A DNA stretch of 64,000 nucleotides from Burkholderiales bacterium (GTDB lineage Bacteria; Pseudomonadota; Gammaproteobacteria; Burkholderiales; SG8-39): assembly GCA_035577785.1 (NCBI GenBank), contig DATLUZ010000226.1, positions 1,790 through 65,789 of the forward strand, written 5' to 3'. The notes below the pieces were generated by a model. The model saw only the letters and a list, made by a program, of their open reading frames with translations, had not been told where the DNA came from and did not search any database. Every line of letters begins with the position of its first letter. Within the stretch, counting starts at the first letter, position 1. This document shows, piece by piece, positions 35,823 through 42,992 of this stretch. The position numbers and the translations under genes were made by a program.

Positions 35823-36409
35823 TTTCTTTTCTTCCCGGCCTTCTTCGCGCGCTTCTTTGCGGGCTTCTTTTTGGATGAACCGAGCGGCTTTGCGTTCACC
35901 AGCACGGCAGCGATGACGCAGGGCTCGTTCCCGCGCACGCTCCAGGAATGATTGGTGCCGCGCTGGACCAGGATGTCGCCGGCGCGCAGCAGCTTCTCGC
36001 CGGTCTCCATGATGGCGTGGATCTCGCCCTTGAGCACGATGATGTAGTCGACGGTGCTCGTCTTGTGCATCATCGGGTCGCTCGAGCGGCGGTCCTGCGC
36101 GTGCCCGGCGCCGATCGACTTGAACGCCGCGGCGCCGTCGACGCTGCTGCGCCAGGCGGAGTCGGGCGGGAACTCCACGATCCTCAGGATGGTGCCGTTC
36201 TTCGGCGGCTCCAGGCGAACCGGGCGCGCGGCGGCGTCCTTGTCGCCGGCGTTGCTCGCCGGTGCCCCGGCAGTCTCCCAAAGATCGGTGAGGGCGAGAC
36301 CGGGCATTGAAGCCATCTCCTTCACGTTCGGCGCCTCGCCGTCGGCGATGAACGCGGACCTGCCGTCGGCGTCGTGCCCGGTAAGCACGCGCCGCACGCG
36401 CCAGATCAT
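35819..36409 (-). CDS. cupin domain protein with a polylysine C-terminal tail
   Basis: Cupin core VDYIIVLKGEIHAIMETGEKLLRAGDILVQRGTNHSW. Tail SSKKKPAKKRAKKAGKKRK. Confidence 0.75.
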   Translation of the reverse strand: MIWRVRRVLTGHDADGRSAFIADGEAPNVKEMASMPGLALTDLWETAGAPASNAGDKDAAARPVRLEPPKNGTILRIVEFPPDSAWRSSVDGAAAFKSIGAGHAQDRRSSDPMMHKTSTVDYIIVLKGEIHAIMETGEKLLRAGDILVQRGTNHSWSVRGNEPCVIAAVLVNAKPLGSSKKKPAKKRAKKAGKKRK

Positions 36410-37314
36410 GCGACGGCGTCGCTAGGCGCGATCACCTTGCGCGCCTTGACCCCGGCGTCCGGAGCGAGGCGGAAGTCCCAGTCGAGCCGCAGGAACGGGT
36501 TGGGCAGGCCGAGGCGCTTCGCTTCGGCCGGGTCGTCCACCTTGCGGTACTTGCCGATCAACGAGTCCTTCACCGCGAACACCGCGTCGCCGTCGAGGTA
36601 AGGATCGCCCTCGACGAAGACGTGCGTGATCACCGGCTGGTAGCCCGGCGCGGAGACGATGGCATGCATGTGGGCGGGCCGCATGTGGTGATTGCCGGTC
36701 GCGCGAATGAGCTCCCCTACCGGGCCGTCGATCGGCACGCTGTAGAACTTGGGCTTGTAGCTCGTGAACGCGTAATCGCCCTTCGCGTCGGCCTTGACGC
36801 GGCCGCGCAGCTCGAACTCGCCCTCGGTCTGCACGTCGTAGATGCCGTCAGCCTTGGCCTGCCAGATGTCGAGCACCGCGTTCGCCACCGGCTTGCCGTC
36901 GAGCGAGAGCACGCGGCCCGAGACGTACACATCCTCGCCCTTCATCGACGCGCCCTCGCGCAGGTCCGCGCCGTATTCATACTCCTTGGCGCCGTGCGCG
37001 AAGAACGGCCCGAGCACCGTCGCTTCGGTGGCCCCCGGCACGGTCTTGTGGTTGAGCGCCACGATCATCATCGACAGGCCGAGGATGTCCGAAAGAAGGA
37101 TGAACTCCTGGCGCTTGTCGTCGCACTTCTGGCCGACCGCGGTCAGGAACTTGATGCCTTCGAACCATTCCTCCTCGGTGAGCTGCACCTCGCGCGCGAA
37201 GGCATGGAGGTGCTTCACCGCGCTGGTCATGATCTGGCGGAAACGCGGGTCGTCGGCCTTTTTCAGGCGCGCGACCACGGCGTCGGTGAGGGTATCTTCG
37301 TTGAACTGGCGCAT
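36406..37314 (-). CDS. intradiol ring-cleavage dioxygenase (hydroxyquinol/catechol 1,2-dioxygenase-like)
   Basis: N-terminal helical domain FLTAVGQKCDDKRQEFILLSDILG and RPAHMHAIV iron-ligand region. SD AGGAGG upstream. Confidence 0.85.
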   Translation of the reverse strand: MRQFNEDTLTDAVVARLKKADDPRFRQIMTSAVKHLHAFAREVQLTEEEWFEGIKFLTAVGQKCDDKRQEFILLSDILGLSMMIVALNHKTVPGATEATVLGPFFAHGAKEYEYGADLREGASMKGEDVYVSGRVLSLDGKPVANAVLDIWQAKADGIYDVQTEGEFELRGRVKADAKGDYAFTSYKPKFYSVPIDGPVGELIRATGNHHMRPAHMHAIVSAPGYQPVITHVFVEGDPYLDGDAVFAVKDSLIGKYRKVDDPAEAKRLGLPNPFLRLDWDFRLAPDAGVKARKVIAPSDAVA

Positions 37315-37355
37315 GGAGTCCTCCTGGGAAGGCCAAGTGTATTATCAAAATCCCC

Positions 37356-38264
37356 ATGCGACTCGTGACGTTTCGGATTGGAGGAGTGGAAAACGCCCCA
37401 CCCGCGCGAGCCGGCGCCCTTACCGATGGGGGCCGCACGGTGGTACAGCTTGCGGCGCCCAGCGTGCTCGCGATCGTCGAGGGCGGTCCGAACGCCATGG
37501 ACCGGGCCGCCGAGGCGCTGAAGCGCCCATCCCGGGAAGCGATCTTCCCGATCGAGCAGGTAACGCTGCTCGCGCCGATTCCGCAGCCACCGCAGATGCG
37601 GGACTTCCTGTGCTTCGAGAAGCACCTGCAGCAGGCCTTTGCCGCCGTGGCCAAGCTGCGCGGGACCGAGGCGCGCATTCCGAAGATCTGGTACGAGCGG
37701 CCGATCTACTACCATCCCAACCGCTTCAACGTCTGCGGCACCGGCGCGGACGTGCCCTGGCCAGCGTACAGCGAACGCATGGATTTCGAGCTGGAATTCG
37801 GCTGCTACATCGGAAAGGCGGGCAAGGACATTCCCAGGGAACGCGTGCGCGAGCACATCTTCGGCTACACCATCTTCAACGACTTCTCGGCGCGCGACGA
37901 GCAGACGCTCGAGATGATGGGCCAGCTCGGGCCCGGCAAGGGCAAGGACTTCGACAACTCGAACGTCATGGGCCCGTGCCTCGTCACCGCCGACGAGCTT
38001 ACCGACCCTTACAGCTTGGAAATGAAGGTGCGTGTCAACGGCGAGGAGTGGGGCCGTGGAAACTCGCGCGACATGCACTGGAAATTCGAGGACTGCATCG
38101 CGCACGTCTCGCGCTCGGAAACGCTGCACCCGGGGGAGTTCTTCGGTTCGGGCACGGTGGGCAACGGCTGCGGCCTCGAGCACATGAAGTTCCTCAAGCC
38201 CGGCGACGTAGTCGAGCTCGAGGTCGAGGGGATCGGAACCCTGAAGAACCGCGTCGTCCGGTAG
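37356..38264 (+). CDS. fumarylacetoacetate hydrolase (FAH) family protein
   Basis: ELEFGCYIGK...FGYTIFNDFSARD...GKDFDNS pattern. Confidence 0.85.
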   Translation: MRLVTFRIGGVENAPPARAGALTDGGRTVVQLAAPSVLAIVEGGPNAMDRAAEALKRPSREAIFPIEQVTLLAPIPQPPQMRDFLCFEKHLQQAFAAVAKLRGTEARIPKIWYERPIYYHPNRFNVCGTGADVPWPAYSERMDFELEFGCYIGKAGKDIPRERVREHIFGYTIFNDFSARDEQTLEMMGQLGPGKGKDFDNSNVMGPCLVTADELTDPYSLEMKVRVNGEEWGRGNSRDMHWKFEDCIAHVSRSETLHPGEFFGSGTVGNGCGLEHMKFLKPGDVVELEVEGIGTLKNRVVR

Positions 38265-38290
38265 ACTTCGAATTCCTGGGGAGGAAGCTC

Positions 38291-39343
38291 ATGCTCGCGA
38301 AACTCGTCTATAGCGCCGCGCTTTTGCTTGGCATCAGTTCCGTGCAAGCGAAGCCGGTAAAACAGGACTACCAGATCGATGGCGCGGACCCGGGCGTGCG
38401 GCTCTTCGTGCGCCAGAAGATGGAGGAGGGGAACACCCGCTTCACCGACGACAACATCGTCCTCTTCATCCACGGCGCGACGGCGCCATCGGTGTGCGAC
38501 TTCGACCTCGGCTTCAAGGACTACTCCTGGGCCGACTGGATGATCGGCAAGGGTTACGTGGTCTATCTCTTCGACAAGCGCAATTACGGCTACTCGAGCC
38601 GCGAGAAGGCGATGGACGAGCCGGCGGCGTCGAACAGGCCGGTGTCGAGGTCCTACCAGGTGATCCGCGACATCGGCTCGGTGGTCGATCACATCCGCCA
38701 GAAGCACAAGGTGGCGAAGGTCACGCTGATCGGCTGGTCCTGGGGCGCGATGACCGCGGGCTACTACACGTCGCTCAACAGTGAGAAGGTGAAGAAGCTC
38801 GTGATGTACGCGCCGGCCTACAGCTATCCGCTGCATACCAACCTGGGCGCCGGCTCGGGCCTGCAGAACAAGCGCCGGCCCTCGGACTTCAACTACGCCC
38901 TGGGCGCTTACCGCCTCGGGAGCACGGCCGCCAATACCGCGCGATGGGATGGAGAAATCCCGGTGGCGGACAAGACGCAATACCGCGAGGCCGGGGTAGC
39001 GGAGGCGTTCTGGAACGAGTGCATGGCCTCCGATCCGACCAGCGGCTCGCGCAACCCGCCGAGCCTGCGCGCGCCGAACGGCGTGCTCGAGGACACCTTC
39101 ATGCAGGCGACCGGCCGCGCGATGTGGAACGCTTCGTCGATCTACGTGCCGACGCTCGCGATCGCCGGCGAATACGATACCTGGTCGTTCCCCGAAGACC
39201 GCGAGGGGTTGATGCGCGATCTCACCAATGCGCCGGCGAAGCGCAGCGTGCTCATCAAGAACGCGACGCATTTCGTGCTCTTCGAGAAGCCGCGCATGGA
39301 GTTCTTCAACGAGGTCCTCAAGTTCCTCAAGGACGCGCCGTAA
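38291..39343 (+). CDS. secreted alpha/beta hydrolase
   Basis: Signal peptide MLAKLVYSAALLLGISSVQA. Nucleophile elbow GWSWGA. Only the last 350 codons of the 833-aa ORF are credible. Confidence 0.8.
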   Translation: MLAKLVYSAALLLGISSVQAKPVKQDYQIDGADPGVRLFVRQKMEEGNTRFTDDNIVLFIHGATAPSVCDFDLGFKDYSWADWMIGKGYVVYLFDKRNYGYSSREKAMDEPAASNRPVSRSYQVIRDIGSVVDHIRQKHKVAKVTLIGWSWGAMTAGYYTSLNSEKVKKLVMYAPAYSYPLHTNLGAGSGLQNKRRPSDFNYALGAYRLGSTAANTARWDGEIPVADKTQYREAGVAEAFWNECMASDPTSGSRNPPSLRAPNGVLEDTFMQATGRAMWNASSIYVPTLAIAGEYDTWSFPEDREGLMRDLTNAPAKRSVLIKNATHFVLFEKPRMEFFNEVLKFLKDAP

Positions 39344-39372
39344 GCGAATTCGGGGTCTGACCCCGGATTCGC
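39344..39372. terminator. Hairpin between convergent genes (possible bidirectional terminator)
   Basis: GCGAATTCGGGG-tctga-CCCCGGATTCGC, a 12-bp stem with one G-U. Lies exactly between the stops at 39343 and 39377. No U-tract. Confidence 0.45.
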
Positions 39373-39376
39373 ACGG

Positions 39377-39571
39377 TCAGTCCGGCCGGGCGCTCCAGAT
39401 CTGGCTCCAGAACTGGACGGCGTGCTCGAACTGAGCGCCGGCAAGCCGGGTCTGCAGTGCGAACAGGTCGAGCTGCTGCTGCTGGAGCTGCTGCGCGCTC
39501 TGCAACGTCGCGCTCATCATGTCGGCGGTGTTCTTGAGGCCTGCGCCGTAGAGCTCGATGAACTGGGTCAT
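39377..39571 (-). CDS. small phasin-like protein (64 aa), shortened paralog of 32669-33094
   Basis: FIELYGAGLKNTADMMSATLQSAQQLQQQQLDL and QTRLAGAQFEHAVQFW align with two blocks of the 141-aa phasin. Strong SD GGAAGGAG lies 5 nt upstream. Confidence 0.6.
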   Translation of the reverse strand: MTQFIELYGAGLKNTADMMSATLQSAQQLQQQQLDLFALQTRLAGAQFEHAVQFWSQIWSARPD

Positions 39572-39675
39572 GGATTCTCCTTCCTCGGAGCCTGCGACTA
39601 TAGGTCGGTGCGCGAGCGGCGCGGGTTCGCATAGCGGGATTCGCGGGAACCGCTACACCTTCCTCGGCGGGGCAG

Positions 39676-40410
39676 CTAGAAGCGGTACGCGAGTCCGCCG
39701 CTGTAGTAGCGGCTCGTAGTGCGCTCGGCGACCACGCTGTCCGCGGCCTCGTCGTAGAGCTTGCGGATTTCGAAGCTGCCGACGATCAGCCAGTGGCGCG
39801 TCACGTCGTATCCGGCGAGGAAGCCGCCGCTCAGGTAGACGAGCCCGGATTTGTCCGTGCCGTAGCGCGATTGCATCGCGTTCCCGGATCCCCAGGTCGA
39901 CTGGCCGAACACCGCGCCTTGCAGCCCCCAGCGCTCGAAGACGCCGAAGTTGATCCGCAGATCGGCCTGGCCGCCGAGATCGGTATCGAAGTTCTGGCGG
40001 GCACGGATGAGGAAGTTGACCGGCATCTTGCCGAAGTGGCGGTCCCATTCCAGGTGCAGGCCGACCGAAGCGCTCGTCTTGATGTCGGGCTCGCCGAGCG
40101 TCTCGAGGAACGGCGCCTCGCTCTTCTTGCGGCCGGCCTCGTAGGCGATCTGGGCGCCCGCCCAGAACTCCGGCGCCAGCTCGTTGCGGATGCCGCCTTC
40201 GAGGATTCCCTGGGTGGTGCGCGCGAACCAGAGCTTGCCGTAGTAGCGAAGCTGGGGAATGAGGTCGGTGACCTGGGAGCTCGAACCGTCGTACGCGGGT
40301 CGCGAGCGGATGGCGGCGCCGACGATGGTGGTGGGCCGATCCTGCGCGTCGCAGACCTGCGAAAGAATCAGAGTCAAAATGAAGATAAGCGGGGCGAGGA
40401 GGCTCCTCAT
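39676..40410 (-). CDS. MipA/OmpV family outer-membrane protein
   Basis: Signal peptide, alternating beta-strand pattern, C-terminal ...GGLAYRF. ATG 40410 makes an ATGA overlap with the upstream VOC gene. Confidence 0.75.
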   Translation of the reverse strand: MRSLLAPLIFILTLILSQVCDAQDRPTTIVGAAIRSRPAYDGSSSQVTDLIPQLRYYGKLWFARTTQGILEGGIRNELAPEFWAGAQIAYEAGRKKSEAPFLETLGEPDIKTSASVGLHLEWDRHFGKMPVNFLIRARQNFDTDLGGQADLRINFGVFERWGLQGAVFGQSTWGSGNAMQSRYGTDKSGLVYLSGGFLAGYDVTRHWLIVGSFEIRKLYDEAADSVVAERTTSRYYSGGLAYRF

Positions 40411-40775
40411 TCGGGCCGGTGGCAAACCGCCTCGATGTTATGGCCGTCGGGATCGAACACGAACGCGCCGTAGTAGTCCGGATGGTATTTGGTTCGGATG
40501 CCGGGGGCGCCGTTGTCGCGCCCGCCCGCGGCCAGCGCGGCGCGGTGGAATGCGCGCACCTGCTCGCGGTTTTCCGCGGCGAAGGCGATGTGGAGCGGGC
40601 CGGGCGGGATGCCGTGCACGCCGATCCAGAATTGCGGCCGGCCCTCCTTGCCGAGCATCGCCCAGCCTTCGCCCTCCAGAACCGTCTGGATGCCGAGCGG
40701 GGCGAGCGCCCGCCGGAAGAACGTCGCGCTCTTCCCGAAGTCGCGCACCGCGAGCCCGATGTGGTCTAGGATCAT
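40407..40775 (-). CDS. VOC (glyoxalase/bleomycin resistance) family protein
   Basis: MILDHIGLAVRDF...HIAF...DPDGHNIEAV. SD GGGGAGAA upstream of ATG 40775. Confidence 0.8.
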   Translation of the reverse strand: MILDHIGLAVRDFGKSATFFRRALAPLGIQTVLEGEGWAMLGKEGRPQFWIGVHGIPPGPLHIAFAAENREQVRAFHRAALAAGGRDNGAPGIRTKYHPDYYGAFVFDPDGHNIEAVCHRPE

Positions 40776-40831
40776 GCCGTTCTCCCCGATCCTGCGATTT
40801 TGCAGTGACGCCAAGGCTATTTCCACCGCTC

Positions 40832-41344
40832 ATGCTGCTCGCACTCTATTGGGGCCTCGCGCAGGCGCAGCCCGGCGCGCCGGGCGTGCGCTACGAACCC
40901 TCGCCGATGCCGGTGGTGGAGGCGATGACCCGGCTCGCCGCGGTGAGGCCGGGCGACGTGGTGTACGACCTCGGCTGCGGCGACGGGCGCATCGTGATCG
41001 CCGCGGCGAAGCTCGGCGCGCGCGCGGTCTGCGTCGACATCGACCCGCTGCGCATCGCCGACGCCCGCGAGCACGCGCGCAGCGAGGGCGTGGCCGAGCG
41101 CATCGAGTTCCGCACCGAAGACCTGTTCGGCGTGGATCTCGCCGACGCCACCGTGGTGATGCTGTTCCTTTCAGTCGATTTCAACCGCAAGCTGCGGCCG
41201 CGCCTGCAGGCGCTGCCCCCCGGCACGCGCATCGTCTCGCACTGGCACGACATGGGAGACTGGCAGCCGAGCAAATTGATGCACGTGAGCCGGGGCTGGC
41301 GCGACCACCCGGTGTTCCTCTGGATCACGGAGCCGCCGCGCTGA
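40832..41344 (+). CDS. class I SAM-dependent methyltransferase with an N-terminal hydrophobic signal/anchor
   Basis: Motif I VYDLGCGDGRI, preceded by MLLALYWGLAQAQ. Confidence 0.75.
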   Translation: MLLALYWGLAQAQPGAPGVRYEPSPMPVVEAMTRLAAVRPGDVVYDLGCGDGRIVIAAAKLGARAVCVDIDPLRIADAREHARSEGVAERIEFRTEDLFGVDLADATVVMLFLSVDFNRKLRPRLQALPPGTRIVSHWHDMGDWQPSKLMHVSRGWRDHPVFLWITEPPR

Positions 41345-41951
41345 GCGGGCTCAGCATCCGAAGCACCTCGGCCGTGGTCCGTACGCGGGCCATGCGCGGG
41401 AAGATCCGCTTCATGAACTGGGCGTGATTGTCCTGTTCCGGCGAGGTGCAGGCATCGGAAATAATCAACAGGTCGTAGTCGAAATCGCGCGCCGCGAAGG
41501 CAGTCGCGGCAATTCCCACATCGGTCGAGCCACCGCACAGCGCGATGGTGTCCACATTTCTCGCGCGCAGGGCGAGGTCGAGATAGGTGCCGTGAAACGC
41601 GCTCCAGCGATGCTTCGGAACGATGTAGTCCGACGACTGCGGTGCGAGCTCTGCCACGACCCGCGCCTGGGGCGTGCCGCCCACGATCGCCGGCTGGTCG
41701 CTCTCGGCAGTGACCGGGCGCAGCCGGTTGTCGGTGTCGCGCAGCCTGGGGCGGCCCTTTTCGGGGCGATGATCGGCATTCGCATAAGCCACCACCGCGC
41801 CCGCGCAGCGCGCCGCGGCCAGGAGCGCCGCCGCATTGGCGATCACCGTCCGGTAGCGTTCGCGTGCCGCCGGGTCGCGGTTGGCGTGTCCTTCCAGGAG
41901 ATCGAACAGCAACAGGCAGGTGCGCGCCGGGTCGAGCCGGCTCGCGCTCAC
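41325..41951 (-). CDS. isochorismatase-fold hydrolase lacking the nucleophile Cys (Gly at that position)
   Basis: LLLFDL (Asp) and PKHRWSAF (Lys) are present. ALCGGSTDVGIAATA aligns with GINTNTCVLNTA of 18542-19276, with Gly in place of Cys. GTGA overlap with the upstream gene. Confidence 0.7.
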   Translation of the reverse strand: MSASRLDPARTCLLLFDLLEGHANRDPAARERYRTVIANAAALLAAARCAGAVVAYANADHRPEKGRPRLRDTDNRLRPVTAESDQPAIVGGTPQARVVAELAPQSSDYIVPKHRWSAFHGTYLDLALRARNVDTIALCGGSTDVGIAATAFAARDFDYDLLIISDACTSPEQDNHAQFMKRIFPRMARVRTTAEVLRMLSPLSAAAP

Positions 41952-42970
41952 CGCGGCGCGCCGAGCACGATCTGCGCCCAGAGCTTCTTCCACTTCTCGA
42001 AGTCGTCGAGGATCAGCGCCGGGTCGACGAACTTGAGCTGCAGCTTCTGCGCCGGGTCGGCGACGCGCAGGTTCGCCGGCACGTTGCCGCCTTTCTGCAG
42101 GATCGTCTGTCCCTCCGGCGAGAGCAGGAAGTCGGCGAAGAGCGCTGCGGCGTGCGGATGCGGCGGCCGGGCGGTGATGCCGATGCCGTTGGCGCGGCCG
42201 ATCGCCGGCGCGATCGCGAACCATTCCACCGGCGCGCCGCGCTGCTTCATCTTCTCCGTGCCGTGGCTGTACGTGGTGAGCGCGAGCGGGATCTCGCCGG
42301 AGGCGACCAGGCCCGCGAGCAGCGTGTGGCCCTTTCGAACCGAGAGGCCGTTCGTGCGCACGATCTCGCGGAAGACGCTCAAGCCCTTTTCCTCGCCGAG
42401 GTCGGTGATGACCATGGCGAACCAGTCTTCGTCCTCGGCCTCGATGCCCAGGCGTCCCTTCCAACGCGGCTGGGCGAGGTCGGCGTAGGACTTCGGCAGC
42501 TCCTCCTTCTTCACGAGCCGGGTGTTGTACGACTGGACGAACAGGTTGATCCGGCTGCCTACCCAGTACCCGTGCGGGCGCAGCGCCTGCGGCATCAGGT
42601 CCTTGAGGTGCGGCGAGCGCAGCGGCTGCAGCGCCTTCTCGCGATACAGCGCCTCGAGCTGCGGGCCGTTGGTCTCGACCGCGTCGGCTTCGTGGCGTCC
42701 GGCGCGCGCCTCGGTGAGCGTGCGCTGCACCACCTTCTCGGAATTGGCGCGCCAGCTCTTCAGCTTCACGCCGTACTTGCGCTCGAACGCGGCTGCGAGC
42801 GCCGCAAGGTCTTCGGGAACGAGCGAGGTGTAGATCATGACCTCGCCCTCCTTGCGCGCGCCTTGGAGGAGGAATTGCTCGCGGTCGGGCTTGTCGTATT
42901 GCACGACCTGCGCCAGCGAGATCGGAGGGACCAGAGCGAACAGGAAAGGGAGGACGCGGAAGAGGTGCAT
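41948..42970 (-). CDS. family-1 extracellular solute-binding protein (Fe3+/polyamine-type), orphan
   Basis: Signal peptide MHLFRVLPFLFALVPPISLA. About 340 aa SBP pattern. No permease or ATPase gene adjacent. Confidence 0.75.
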   Translation of the reverse strand: MHLFRVLPFLFALVPPISLAQVVQYDKPDREQFLLQGARKEGEVMIYTSLVPEDLAALAAAFERKYGVKLKSWRANSEKVVQRTLTEARAGRHEADAVETNGPQLEALYREKALQPLRSPHLKDLMPQALRPHGYWVGSRINLFVQSYNTRLVKKEELPKSYADLAQPRWKGRLGIEAEDEDWFAMVITDLGEEKGLSVFREIVRTNGLSVRKGHTLLAGLVASGEIPLALTTYSHGTEKMKQRGAPVEWFAIAPAIGRANGIGITARPPHPHAAALFADFLLSPEGQTILQKGGNVPANLRVADPAQKLQLKFVDPALILDDFEKWKKLWAQIVLGAPR

Positions 42971-42976
42971 GCCGGG

Positions 42977-42986
42977 ATTATAGAAT
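42977..42986. promoter_or_regulatory. Overlapping divergent -10 boxes (TATAAT on the minus strand, TAGAAT on the plus strand)
   Basis: The 22-nt intergenic sequence is CAT-gccggg-ATTATAGAAT-ccgcgc-ATG. Each hexamer lies 6 nt from its ATG, and neither gene has an SD. Confidence 0.35.
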
Positions 42987-42992
42987 CCGCGC

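Noticed and set aside
36842-39343. Very long composite ORFs (833 aa here; also 1151-2905, 4927-6393, 5697-7130, 6653-9187, 9887-11230, 44921-46576, 57070-60264) that look like fusion proteins.
   Set aside because: Only the 3' portions carry recognisable domains and plausible starts with an SD or a stop/start overlap. The 5' portions run through other genes in a different frame.
39600-39650. Direct repeats GCGGGTTCGC / GCGGGATTCGC / GGGAACCGC upstream of the small phasin-like gene.
   Set aside because: They are short, GC-rich and imperfect, with no counterpart upstream of the large phasin gene. They cannot be distinguished from background in a high-GC genome.
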